Assembly (NCBI RefSeq): GCF_006345805.1 | Contig: NC_043007.1 | Location: 51,646,001-51,710,000 of the forward strand | Length of the DNA stretch: 64,000 bases | DNA from: Octopus sinensis | Lineage: Eukaryota | Reading direction: 5' to 3' | Notes under the pieces: generated by a model | Databases searched by the model: none | The model's input: the letters and a program-made list of their open reading frames with translations, nothing else | Told to the model about the DNA's origin: nothing | Program-made: the position numbers and the translations under genes | Shown here: positions 13,154 through 26,530 of the stretch, in pieces | Layout of the letters: each line of letters opens with the position of its first letter | How positions within the stretch are numbered: the stretch's first letter is position 1

Positions 13154-13280
<127 letters not shown>

Positions 13281-13284
13281 TTAA

Positions 13285-13617
13285 AATTAGGGTTCAGCAA
13301 AGATTTGCTTTACACATACCGAAGTCCAGAAATAGCAGCCAAAAAAACTTAGCTATTTCTTCTACTTTAAAAAGGGACTCCCAGAAAAACCAAAATACTT
13401 GAAAGCAATCCACGCAGGCAGAGAGGAAAAATAATGAAAATCAGACCAGATATAGATTGATTTTCATTATTTTTTCTCTCTGCCTGCGTGGATTGTTTTC
13501 AAGTATGTTGGTTTTTCTGGGAGTCCCTTTTTAAAGTAGAAGAAATAGCTAAGGTTTTTTGGCTGCTATTTCTGGACTTCGGTATGTGGTAAAGCAAATC
13601 GTTAGTGAACCCTAATT
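13285..13617. repeat. Near-perfect 333-bp palindrome (fold-back element)
   Basis: Arms 13285-13443 and 13458-13617 are reverse complements with few mismatches; 14-nt loop. Confidence 0.95.
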
Positions 13618-13720
13618 ATAAAGTATTACTTAAGTTTACCGTGAAATGGTCCTTTTTCATGCCGAATTCTACTTGGTGAAATTATTGATTACTTCTTAAT
13701 TAATTAATATTACCCTATGT

Positions 13721-13772
<52 letters not shown>

Positions 13773-13874
13773 TATACATATATTATATAATATAATAATA
13801 ATAATAATAATAATAAAATAATAATAATAATAATAATAAAATAATAATAATGATAATAATAATAAAGAAGTAAT

Positions 13875-16204
13875 ATTAGGAAATAAATCCAAACTTACAG
13901 AGAAAAATTAGATTTTGATTAAATCAAATTTCACAGTATATATATAAATTAAATTAGAGATAAAACCACTATTATGCAAATCAAACAGTGAAAAACATAA
14001 ACCAAAACATAAAAATAAATATAATTAATATAATATACAAAATATATAAAATATAAAATTAATTTATTTAAATTTAAAGTTTTTAATTTATATTAATAAA
14101 TTTTTATATTTTTTTATATTTTTTAAATTTTAAATTTATAAATTTTTAAGCTTTTAACTTTTTAATATTTATATTTATTTATTTATTTATTTTTTATAAC
14201 TATCAAAAAGGTATTAAAAAGTTTAATATAATAAGTAAAACCACTACGTACGTGTCATGGCCATAACCTAATTCGAATTACAATAATTTAAATTCAATTA
14301 AAAATTCGAATTATAATTATAGTCAATCATCAGGTTAATGATAATAGTTAAATAAATAAGCAAATATATTTAAACAATATTTTTTAAGGAATAAATAAAA
14401 TAATAATTTTTCTTATAAAAAACTCTATTATGAAATTAGAAACGTTTAATATTAAATATTAATTTTTAAGGTAAAAATAGATAGAAAATGTATTTATCTA
14501 TTAAGATATAAAATGGCTATAAAAACCTAATAAACTCACGAATAACCTAATCTCAGTTATAGTCAATATCTAATTACCAAATTATTTAACAAAAAAATAA
14601 ACACTATTCATATTTTTAAATTTAAGTTCAAATCTAATAATTATAAAATATTTAAGAATAATAACTAAATTATTATCAATAAATATAATAATTAAGATCT
14701 AAAATTTTCTCTATCAATAAATATATATACGTATAATGAAAACTAAATAAATTAATTATTCCATTATTATTTACGAAATATATTAAAAAATAAGATGAAA
14801 AAGCAAATTATAAACGTATAACCTATCTTTAAAAAACCGTATGACTATTTAACGATCACTATATCTCGTTGGCCAATTAGTAACTTACAAAAACCATATA
14901 GTTATAATCTAATAATGAAATACATATCTTCAACAACTAAATACTTATACAATCAAATTATCAATCCTTAGTTATATAGTATCCAATATAATACAATATA
15001 ACATAAATTATTAAAATAACTTTAATAAAAAGGTTTACTTAGCTTTCAAAAATCGTGTTATTAACTAAACTAATAATAAACAAATGGAAAATGTTTTTTA
15101 ACAATGAAAACTACGAATATATTTTATCAATGAAAAATACTGATACAAATTATCAATGGAAAATGGCTATATTAAACTATAACAGAACAAAGTCACTATT
15201 AGAGATATCTATGAATATATATATATATGTATGTATGTATGTATATATTTATATATATATATACATGAATATATAATATGGCTTAAAAATACATAATAAA
15301 CTCACGAATATCCTTAACTCAGTTATAGTCCAAAAATTTAATTACCAAATTATTTAACTAAATAATCATTATTCATATTTTAGATTTAAGTACACATCTA
15401 ATAATTATAAAATATTTAAGAATAATTACTAAATTATTATCAACAAATATAGTGATGATTAAAATCTAAAATTTACGCTATCAATAAATTTATAGACATA
15501 TAAAGAAAAATGAATAAATTAATTAATCCAATACTACGTACATAAATATTAAATATTAATATAATATAATTAAAGATTAAAATCAAATTATAAACCAGTA
15601 ACCTAACTTTTAGAAAAACCGTATAATTATTAACGATCTATGGCTAAGTAATATCTCTTTGGCTAAGTAATATCTCTTTGGCTAAGTAATATCTTACAAA
15701 TAACGTAGAGTTATAATCTAATAATTATATACATATTTTCAACATCAAATAACAATCAGTATTTATATAGTAAACAAAATAATACAATAAGACTTATTAA
15801 AATATTTTAAAATTTTTAAATCTTAAATAGAAATAGATTACTTAGCTTCACTAGGGCCGTGTCATGAACTAAAATTTTAAAACGGAAAACGTCTTTTAAG
15901 CGTTTATAAGAATACTCATGGAATTACGTTATTAACAGATATAGAATAAATAGATGAAGAATTCTTTTAACAATGAAAAACTACGAATATATTTTATCAA
16001 TGAAAATTATAAATAAATATAAATATTTAAAAATTTATAAATTCAAAAAATATAAAAAAATATAAAAATTTATTAATATAAATTAAATAATTTAATTTTA
16101 AATTTTATATATTTTGTATATTATATTAATTATATTTATTTTTATGTTTTGGTTTATGTTTTTCACTGTTTGATTTGCCTAATAGTGGTTTTATCTCTAA
16201 TTTG

Positions 16205-16215
<11 letters not shown>
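13875..16215. repeat. AT-rich repeat with about 200-bp terminal inverted arms and an internal diverged duplication
   Basis: About 13940-14150 is inverted at about 16015-16215; 14513 onward is repeated at 15277 onward; homologous to 3035-4650. Confidence 0.75.
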
Positions 16216-16241
<26 letters not shown>

Positions 16242-16244
<3 letters not shown>

Positions 16245-18185
16245 GAGACCGGGGTTAGTTGACTACATTTTTTACATATTCACTGACAGAGCAATACTGT
16301 TTAATGTATCTTGTATTACACGCATAAATCAACCAAAGCAGAAGACTTACAAAGCTAGAGATTCATCTGCTTATTGTCTGGATTTACATTTTGTGCATTT
16401 TCTAAGACCACTTAAATGTGTCAACTTGCCCCGATACCAGGGCCAGTTCACACATATAATGGGGTATGTTGACACATGAATGCATTTTCTTGGAACATAC
16501 ATGTTAGTGGACAGAAACGCATGATATAAGCATGTTGGTTTGATCAAGGGCCTTTATTACGGTTTCATTACATATCATCATCAGAGTCACAATTTGGGCG
16601 TGTGAATATTGTCAGACCTGGTGTACATGCCTCGAGAGCCCAAACTTTACAATCAGAGCATTGAAGCCATACTTCCCTTCCTTTGCTGTTGGAAAAAGGC
16701 TCGCAGCACACTAAGCAATAGCACTCTTCCTCCTCAGAGGTATCACTTTCTTGAATTTGAACTTAACAGTTGGACCTTTACCCTTCGTTGACCTGCCCCT
16801 ACTGAGTCCCTTTCCTATCGTTCCTTTATCAATGTTTGTCTTCTTTTTACTTTTACTTTTTGTCTTTTCTTCTATGATACCTCTTTTAACCGGTTGGAAA
16901 ACATAGCAACATTTGTCTTGTTGAAACTTGTTGGTCGTGCCAAGCTTGTTGCCTGTTGACTTCTTATGGATAAATTCTTCTGTCGTTGAAGATATCCAGA
17001 GAACCAGTCTTCACCTGCCATTTCTGTCTCATGCCAGGTTGGAGGGATATTACATCCATGTGCCTTTGCCATCTGAAAAGCCAATTTCCGCACATCCTTT
17101 GGAGCAAGACCATAGTAAATTTCTGCGGAAGCCAAAACATAAGCTTCTAACTGATTCTTGAACTCGTCGGTGAGAAATTTCCGTGGCTTTTTTTATCCAC
17201 TAAGACTTTGATCGTTGTTGTTTGCTTCAGCGGCCTTGGTGCAGTAGCGAGATAAAGATTTTAAAGGGATGCCAAATGTCCTCGAAGCTTCCCGCAAGGA
17301 GATGACACGAGTTCGGACCTGTTGAATAGCCTGTTTGATTACATCCTGTGGAAGGATTGACTTCTCGCTTTTGCGTTTGTAGTGTCGCACCATGACAATT
17401 GTAGATCTAGGTCTGTAAAGAGAGAGGGGGGAGGAAAAAAAGCAACTTAGCTCATTGCATAATCCAACAGTGAAAGCAAAACGAAGCTCTGAGTGTTTAT
17501 CTACTTTTTAGTTTCAAGCATGCCTGGTCACGGCATAACTTCATGCTTATATATCAGTGGTACAGGTTATAAAGCTGAGGCAGTATACAAGCTGTTGACT
17601 AAGTAGGTAGCGGTATGAAGATAGAATAGGTTGGTATAGATAAAGATAGCAGATCTAGAACTATAGCAAGCATACTCAATGAATTGATCCAATATACCAG
17701 ATATGAATCAAAGAGCAAACAATCTTAGTTAAAATGGGATAGATACAGTCTGTGAATCAATGTAAGCAACCTACAACAACTTTATCACAGGCCGGTGTAA
17801 GTTGACACACTGTGTCAATGTGCCCCTGTTTACATGTGTCAACTTGCCTCGACCTCATTTCCCTATTAAATGTAAACACTGAGAGAAATCCACTAGTGTT
17901 TCGCAAGAATCCATTTGTATAGGGTCGTGAGAGATATTTTACTAACTCCTTAAGGTTTAATACACATAATGCAGTCTTAAACAATATCCAAAATAACTAA
18001 TTATCAAAAATGTCGAAAATAACGTGTAGCAGACAAACTCTCAGAAGGGCGACGAAATCAAATGAGGGGGAAGCTTATACTAACAGCACTACTATGATGT
18101 CATTAAATCGTCCGAAAGTAGTTTCGTATTTTACCTAGAGACAATGTGTTAACTTGCCCTGGAGTCAACTTGTCTCGGTCCCCCC
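16242..18185 (-). mobile_element. pogo-like (Tc1/mariner superfamily) DNA transposon, internally deleted
   Basis: Imperfect TIRs GGGGAGACCGGGGTTAGTTGAC / GGGGGACCGAGACAAGTTGAC, TA at left, repeated subterminal tgtgtcaacttgcc motifs. Confidence 0.85.
16570..17393 (-). pseudogene. pogo-like transposase remnant: Psq-type HTH, CENP-B-type HTH and C-terminal PHD-like finger; DDE core deleted
   Basis: MVRHYKRK..SLREASRTFGIP; YYGLAPKDVRKLAFQMA..AGEDWFSGY..LSIR..ATSLAR..SFNK; then CLVCCEPFSNSKGREVWLQCSDCKVWALEAC...PNC. Confidence 0.8.
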
Positions 18186-18237
18186 TGCTCCAGCATGGCC
18201 GCAGTCAAATGACTGAAACAAGTAAAAGAGTAAAAGA

Positions 18238-18240
<3 letters not shown>
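18186..18240 (+). mobile_element. SINE family 1 3' tail
   Basis: tgctccagcatggccgcagtcaaatgactgaaacaagtaaaagag. Confidence 0.8.
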
Positions 18241-18293
<53 letters not shown>

Positions 18294-18839
18294 TTAAAGT
18301 TAAAATGAGGGTGAGAAATTAGATATTAATTTAATTAACATCGATTTCACACCAGTGGTCTAGCATATAAAAAAAAACTGAAGGTTCAGTAAAATTGTAT
18401 TATATACATATTAGAGGGAAACCACTATGTGGACACCCTTATGCTAGAAATAGATCCGCTATGGACATTTGAAATAGTAGCCACGAGTGTAATGGGTAGG
18501 ACTGTTTTACAAGTCTGACTTTGTGCAGACGTCCGAGTATGCAGTCCTGCAAATTATATTCATCTGGACGGTCGCTCCGATGATTTACGGACATTTATGT
18601 AAATAAACTTACGTAATATGGTAATAGTGAAACATGTATGCGAATAATCCATATTTTTATTGTTTTTTCTTTTGTCTTACTCGATTATGTTTTGGCTGTT
18701 TTGCTAAATATATATATATGTGTGTGTGTGTGTGTATTATATATTCTTTTACTCTTTTACTTCTATCAGTCATTTGCCTGCAGCCATGCTGGAGCACCAC
18801 ATTTAGTCGTGAAAATCAACCCCAGGACTTATTCTTTAT

Positions 18840-18949
<110 letters not shown>

Positions 18950-19704
18950 GTCTGTATGTATGTATGTGTGTGTATGTTTGAGTGTCTGCAGAAACTGCAG
19001 GTTGACGAGGGAAGGATGACCTCCCTTTGCAAATACCGATAGGGCACAGAAAGTGTGCCCATAGCCAGCTGGAGGAGATGTTCTCCTGGGGCTACAAGCT
19101 ACAGTAACACCCACCCTTAGTGGTTAACCATATTTAGATGGCAAATATACCTCACATTGTCGTGCAGTTACTGTTTATACCTCGTTCAGAGATTTATTAT
19201 AAATGTATGTATGTATGTATAAATGTATGAATATGTATATGTGCGCGTTTGTATGTATGAATGCATAATTGTATAAATATATGTATGTATTGTCGCTTTC
19301 AATTTAGAGTGTAAAACGCTAATATTTTGTGAAGTGCTGAACCAATCGATTAAATCTGTTTATTATTGTCAACGAGAATCAAAACAGATATGCAATGTCC
19401 TTTACGAACTCCAGCGACCTTAATGGTTGATGGATCCTAAAATGTTTCCTCTAAGACGTATAAACAACGAAACTATGCTAATGTAAACATTTGCTTACAA
19501 TGATATACTATCTGCTGGAAAATGTGCCAACACTGCAAAAAGGACTGTTTAAGAAAATATATGGTCACTGAGAGTGTTTGTTTTGACAGAGAGATATTTG
19601 AATATAATTTTACTTATCAGCTTATCGGTATTTGATTTGTATTGAAATGTAAATTTACTGATATCTAGGCGCAGGTGTGACAGTATACTAAGAAGCTTGC
19701 TTCC

Positions 19705-21960
19705 GGTTCCGGTCGTGGAGTTGACTTCTTGACACAGAACGGTGAGGACGTGAGCTTTGAGCTCCGTCCTAAAAAGAAAAAAGGACAAAAACAGAGAAGG
19801 TTGTCGAGGTAGGTGACTTTGTTTGTTGTGAGCTGGGCATAATTTATTGCGTGCGAATTATTTTTTCAGTAAATTGTGCCCAGACAATTTCGCCTGCTCT
19901 CGGCGGCTGCTCTTTTTGTGTATTCAGAATTTATTGAATTCATTTTTGGTGGGGAGTATCCTCGTCTTCGGTTTACGTTGAGTGAATATTTTTCTCACTT
20001 AATTATGAGAATTATTGCTTGTATTGTGCCTTTTGAAGAACTTTAATAATTGTGAGAACTGCTGTATGGGGGAGTGTTTTGCCTCCGAAGATTGAATAAT
20101 TTGTATATCAATTTTTGTGGAAGTTGTGCTCCAGTTGTGGCGTTCCGGGTTCAACCTAGGCCGGGAGTACCGAATGGCCGGACTATTGACTTTCTTCTAA
20201 ACTTTATTTGACTTTCTCCTTTTTGTTTATTGTGACTTTCTTTTGATTTCTTCTCCTTCTCGCTCTTTAAGTTTTATTTCGAATATATTTCAAAAAAAAA
20301 AAAGAAACATAGCAATGAAAAATGACAAAATTTTGGAATGGGAGATTATATCGCCTAAAAAGTGGTTAAAAGACCGTGAAGATAGAACGGTGGTGTTGCG
20401 AACCTACTCCAAGGCACTCGACACCATCGCCGTATTCGAAAAGACGGCAATTGAAAAGGAGTTGGCAGAGTATTTGCCAACAATTAAATTCATTTCCAGG
20501 GGTGTCAGATATGTAACGGTGTGGTTGCTATTTGACACCCCTGAAGAGGCTCGCAAATTTGCTAGTCAACCCCTGGAGGGTAAGGAAATTTTATTTCTTC
20601 CCACGCATCATGGGAAGAGGTTGACGAAAACTTGGATCTGCGGGCTGCCACCCGGGGTAAAACCCGAGTAGATAGAGGAGACTATCCGCCGGGGTCTGGG
20701 TGGCAGCGGGACCAAGCTTCTTAATGTGAAAGTTCTTCCTGCGGCTGTTTGAGTTGGGTCAAAAGAAATTTTGACCCTTTGGACCCCAATCAGCCAATCT
20801 GGTTTTTCCAGATTTTTTTTAAATGGCCGGGCGCAGGTACCCGGTGATACTTGAGGGTCGCCCCTCCCCCCAGGTGTCATCGGTGCGTGGAGTCCGGCCA
20901 TATAAAGAAAAACTGTCTCCGGGAACAAAATAAGATCCCGGAGCAGTTAAGTGAGACCCCTGTAGAAGAGGGAATGAAGACGGCCGAGGAAGTGGAGGAC
21001 TCCTCAAACAGGGGCCGAAAGAGGAAGAAGGTAAGCAACAATGGGTGCTCACAAAAGGACCCTAGGGATGAGGAGGGAAAGGCGAATCTTCCGGCCACGG
21101 AGGAGACGCACCCTCCCTCAGTTGAAAAGAAAAAATAGAAGAAGAGGAAGAGAAACGGGACATTGCCGGCGGTCGGTGACATAGTACCGGAATGTCCCGG
21201 AACTACGTCGGTTGGGGTTGTGCCACCGACAGGAGAAGAAACACCGTTGGCGGGAACTGTGCCGCCAATGAAAGAATTGAATATCCCGCCCCCGGAGAAA
21301 GACGATGTATTGATCTTCTTCCATAGAGGCGGAGAGTTTGAAAAGGTGATAGAAAAGCACCATAAGGGAGCGCCTTCAGCCTTCACACAGGACCCCGAAT
21401 GGCCTCCGCAGATAGCTGTGGAGGCCACGACGTTCGACGTGACGTTTGAGCTGGAGGAGCTCAATGAGGAATATCGCTTGTATCCGGACAACGCTAACAT
21501 GGAACTCGATGAGGTTTTGGAAGAGGCGTGGAGGATGTCAGAGGATGCGGGCACAAGTTATTTTGAGGATGAGTCATAAATTGTGACACTGTGTGACACA
21601 AACATTTGATAATAGGTACTTCGCCTTCTTTCTGAACTCCCCGGCTGTCAACGTGGTCTGCTCTGCAGGCGGCTAGATATTTGACTGGAGGTCCGGAAAG
21701 AGGAGGAAGGGAGAAGTGATAATGTATTTTTTATGTTTGATAGGACATGTTTAGATACAACTTGAGGGGCTCCGAACTAGAGCTGGCGCTTTCCTAAGGG
21801 AAGTGTAAGCCAGATCTGGGAGGAGGGGCTTTGTGTATTGTATTTATATTATATGTAATTATTGAACTATGTTGTTGTTTGTAATGGACTGTTAAGTCCA
21901 AAAATTGAAAAGTTGTAAAAGTTGTAAGAGGTTTAATACCTCGTTTTGTGTTTGGTTTTA
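19705..21960 (+). mobile_element. ORF1-only L1/Tx1-like element (HAL1-like organisation)
   Basis: About 600-bp leader, one broken ORF with a CCHC knuckle and acidic tail, then a 3' region with no endonuclease or RT remnant; boundaries approximate. Confidence 0.55.
20315..21579 (+). pseudogene. Gag-like ORF1 nucleic-acid-binding protein remnant
   Basis: Pieces 20243-20671, 20851-21138 and 21163-21579 join through stops and frameshifts; contains GR(P)PRCHRCVESGHIKKNC (C-x2-C-x4-H-x4-C). Confidence 0.75.
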
Positions 21961-22109
21961 AAGAACAATGTTTTAGAGAAGCAGAAGTCGGCCAGTGCTT
22001 TTTGGCTTTTCCCATCCTTATCATCTTTCTTTCATTATCATTCATTTCATTAATGTCCTCGTCCAGCCGCAAAGCTACTTTACTCTATGTACTGCCTTTA
22101 TGGCAAATG

Positions 22110-22200
22110 TAATGAACAAGTGCTTTCTACCATAGCTTCGGGCCGACCAAAGCGTTGTGAGCGGATTTGGTAAACAGAAACTGAAAGAGCCGATCCTTTT
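22110..22200 (+). mobile_element. SINE family 1 middle part (its head is probably 19666-19704)
   Basis: caagtg.tttctaccatagc.tcgggccgaccaaagc.ttgtgag.ggatttggta.ac.gaaactgaaaga. Confidence 0.7.
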
Positions 22201-22224
22201 GTGTGTGTGTGTGCGTGTGTGTGT

Positions 22225-22274
<50 letters not shown>

Positions 22275-23019
22275 CGTGCGTGTGTGTGTGTGTGTGTGTG
22301 CGTGTGCGTGCGCGCGCGTGTGTGTGTGTGTATTAATCAATGTAAATGGAATCTAAATCATTATTACTCCTAAATCTTGAATATCTATACACTTTATCTT
22401 TTCTATAACATTTTATTTGGACTTGGTGAAAATGTTATTTGAATAAATATGTTTTTGGCTCGTTTATCTTGGATCGCAATTCTAAGAATGAAACCGTTAG
22501 AGAAGAAAGTATTCAAAGACTCGATAATGATATGCAAATTCTTTTTGCTACATTAAATGGGATGTTCGCTGTTGTGTAGCAAAACGTGAAAAGAAAGATC
22601 TATGTGTTCATATTAAACATGTTTTACAGTTACACATTTAACAATTCCATATGTTCATCAAGATGACCCTGCCATAAAATGAAATTGTCATCTAAATATC
22701 GTGTCTAGTTGTCTTTTAAATATGAGTAAAATGGGATTCAAAATATTTGTAAAGATTCGTCATAATTTTCTTTCATGGTACCCCGTCACTAAATTGGGCT
22801 ACTGTAGTACCCATTGCAGTTTCTGATATATGATATGTCAGAAAGCTGATTCACCGATTATGAAATTAATATTTTGTAACAAGGTTCTATAGATAAAATT
22901 TTACAATGCGTTCTGGTAATTGAATCTGATATGCATCTAGTTAATATTTATCTGTCGCATAAATTCATCAGTTATGTGGGATATTAGTGCATATTTTTAA
23001 AGAAAAATGCGTATATATA

Positions 23020-23081
<62 letters not shown>

Positions 23082-23294
23082 ATATATATATATATATATA
23101 AACATATATATAAACATATATATACATATATGTAAAAAAACATGCAAATATATATATATATATATATAATATATATATATATCTATATATATATATATAT
23201 ATATAGTAACAAGCTGAGGAAAATATCCCTCAATGAGGTGTGTTAAACTTCAGTTGGATACCATATAAATATTGGTATAATTCAATAATAAAGA

Positions 23295-23755
23295 TAAATT
23301 AAATATAGAGATATTCTATTGACAATCCAATAATCTATTTATATTACATTAATACTATGAATATAATACATAACATAATATTATATAAATAATTATAAAA
23401 ACCGTAAAAATGTTTTTGTTGTTTTTTAATTGTAATTGATGGAAGATTGAATAGTCAACGCTCACGCTCATAACACAGACATTTGAATTAATTTTTACAT
23501 TCCAGCAGTCCTTTCATACGGGATTTCGTCCTTCTGAAGCAAGGACCCTGAACTGACTTATATATAATGGAACTGTGATTATGTATATCAGAAAAAATAT
23601 ACGTAAGTCGAAACAATTGGTTGGCCTTTTACGGTTTTTATAATTATTTATATAATATTGTTATGTTATCTATTATGTTCATAGTATTTAATGTAATATT
23701 GTAATATAAATAAATTATTGCATTGTCAATAGAATAACTATATTTAATTTATCTA
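23295..23755. repeat. Inverted repeat with about 120-bp arms and about 220-bp spacer, between (TA)n tracts
   Basis: ataatattatataaataattataaaaaccgtaaaa pairs with ttttacggtttttataattatttatataatattg; pairing continues outward. Confidence 0.85.
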
Positions 23756-23771
23756 TATGTATATATATATA

Positions 23772-23938
23772 TTCTTTTATTCTTTTATTTGTTTCAGTCA
23801 TTTGACTACGGCCATGCTGGAGCATCGCTTTTAGTCGAACAGATCGGCCCCAGGACTTATTCTTTGTAAGCCTAGTACTTATTCTATCGTTTTCTTTTGC
23901 CGAACCGCTTGGTTACGGGAATGTAAACACACCAACAT
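23772..23938 (-). mobile_element. SINE family 1, 3' half
   Basis: Same tail as 6391-6560; a further tail copy lies at 24400-24530. Confidence 0.8.
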
Positions 23939-24245
23939 ATGTTATCTGGAATAACTATTGCTTAACCATTTTCTCACACTGATGAACGGATATATAAAAT
24001 ATCCTAGAAATAGCTGTATATAAATATTTGGAAATCTTTCACAGTCTTGGATTTTTATCACATTCTGAGATTTTTTTTATATATACACATGCTAAAATAT
24101 GACCTTCGTTGGACTCCTCATTCGCATAATCACCGAACCTGGAGCTTAACTATAGTCTGTCCATAGCACTTACTTAGCATTACCTGACACCTTTGGGTCT
24201 TATTAACACCGTTACCTCTCTCTCTCTCTCCCTCGCTCTCTCACT

Positions 24246-24277
<32 letters not shown>

Positions 24278-24281
24278 ACAT

Positions 24282-24355
<74 letters not shown>

Positions 24356-24753
24356 GACAGACAGACAGACAGACAGACAGATATAGATATAGATATATAG
24401 TCTTTTATTCTTTTACTTGTTTCAGTCATTTGACTGCAGCCTTATTCTTTGTAAGCCCAGGACTTATTCTATCGGTGTCATTTGCCGAACCGCTAAGTTA
24501 CGGGTACATAAACACAGACACACAAACTACACACATACACACACACACACACACACTTACATTACCGAGTGTAATAAATGGGTGAGGGTAAAAAGTTATT
24601 TTACCCTTAATTTATACAGCAATAAGAAAATGGAGAGGATCAAGAGGTGGAATTCATCAACTTTTAGACATTATATTATGTCTAGTTATTTATTTTTAAA
24701 AAGACAATTATAACAATATACATACATGTAAAAGATATTATGCTTTACATATA

Positions 24754-25051
24754 TCTTTACATATAAAAGTGAAGTTGTGTGTCTGTCTCCTACGATTTAG
24801 ATTCCTAACTACTCCCACATTTTGCAGTGCAGTTTAACCAAAACCGGGTATCTTATAGTCGTGATTCATATCGAGCCCTTCTGGGTATTAGCGCGCGTCT
24901 ACGATGAGTCTACGATTTTAAAAATAATTTACCATCATGTTTTTCCATTTTAATGCATTTTTTCGCTATCATATAAGGGAAGTAACTCTCTAAAAATGCT
25001 TATATAGTTATTTTCCTTACAAACCCGAGCAACGCCGGGCGATACTGCTAG
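24754..25051 (+). mobile_element. Complete 298-bp non-autonomous Helitron, family B
   Basis: A^TCTTTACATATAAAAG ... CCCGAGCAACGCCGGG hairpin, 8 nt, CTAG^T; no TSD. Confidence 0.85.
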
Positions 25052-25193
25052 TAATATATAAAATATAAAAATACCAGTAATTATTAAAATGTATAACGTA
25101 GAGCATAGCTGTTTAAGCCAATATGTCATAGTCTAAAAGTTGATGAATCCCACCTTCGGTCCCCTCCATTTTCTTATTGCTGTATATATATAT

Positions 25194-25236
<43 letters not shown>

Positions 25237-25239
<3 letters not shown>

Positions 25240-25521
25240 CGTGATCACCGTGACCGACCAGGCAATTAGATGTTGCTATACATCGCTTCGCATTGTTTTA
25301 GCCCTCAAATGACGCCACCCCGCTGGCCAACAGAAGAAAGAGTGAGAGAAAGTTGTGGCGAAAGAGTACAGCAGGGATCGCCACCACCACCCTGCCGGAG
25401 GCTCGTGGAGCTTTAGGTGTTTTCGCTCAATAAACACACACAACGCCCGGTCTGGGAATCGAAAGCGCGATCTTACGATCGCGAATCCGCTGCCCTGACC
25501 ACTGTGCTATTGCGCCTCCAC
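25237..25521 (-). mobile_element. tRNA-headed SINE, family 3
   Basis: Reverse complement is colinear with 47882-48182. Confidence 0.85.
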
Positions 25522-25540
25522 ATATATATATATATATATA

Positions 25541-25800
25541 TGACGGGCTTCTGTCAGTTTCCGTTCACCAAATCCACTCACAAGGCTTTGGTCGGCCCAA
25601 CGCTATAGTAGAAGACACTTGCCCAAGGTGCCACGCAGTGGGACTGAACCCGGAACCATGTGGGTGATAAGCAAGTTACTTACCACACAGCCACTCCTAC
25701 ATATAAGTGTAGGCTTGGTTGTGTCTTTAGGTCGCTTCCCAACCACATGGTTAAATATTCCGTCCTACTGCGTGCCACCTTGGGCAAGTGTACTGCCGTT
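25541..25800. mobile_element. Two SINE family 1 heads, head to head
   Basis: 25541-25702 on minus and 25703-25800 on plus (cttcccaaccacatggtt..ctgcgtgccaccttgggcaagtg). Confidence 0.75.
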
Positions 25801-26357
25801 TATCAAGTTTGGGACAAATGCAATATTTGTGGAAAAATTTATATACTACACACAAACTCACACGCACCACACACACATACACACGCGTGCATGCACTCAC
25901 ACTTAAACACAGACACTCAACTGTATTGTCGAATGGCGTTCTGACAGACTTCCGGTCTAGCACACAAGGAACATTGGTCACTGCCACACTAGAATTCTAA
26001 TTAGTTTATCGAGTGTAATCTTTCCATTAAATCCTTCTAGCTGTGAGTGACTTTTTTTTTCTTTCTTTTGCCAACTTTACACTTCGTCTTTGCAACTGAA
26101 GTAGTTTGAAATTTCATTCATTTTAATGCATTCTGTAAATTATAAAACACACTTACAGACATACGCAACGTAACACGCACGCACGCGCACAATAAATGAT
26201 ATTGAATCACATATATACAGAAAACTCCATAAGCACTATTGCACACGCGCACGTACAAGTTTATACATCACAGCGTTATATTTTTCACTGCCTCCACTCG
26301 TATCAGTTACATCGCTGATGCATACACACACACACATCTCTCTCCCCGTATATATAT

Positions 26358-26399
<42 letters not shown>

Positions 26400-26491
26400 C
26401 ATGTACATGTATATACATATACATTTATAATGTATACATAAATACAGATATATAGATATATATATATATGTACATATGTATATATATTTGT

Positions 26492-26530
<39 letters not shown>

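Noticed and set aside
20877-21554. 225-aa minus-strand ORF
   Set aside because: Antisense to the ORF1 remnant, which carries the recognisable CCHC motif.
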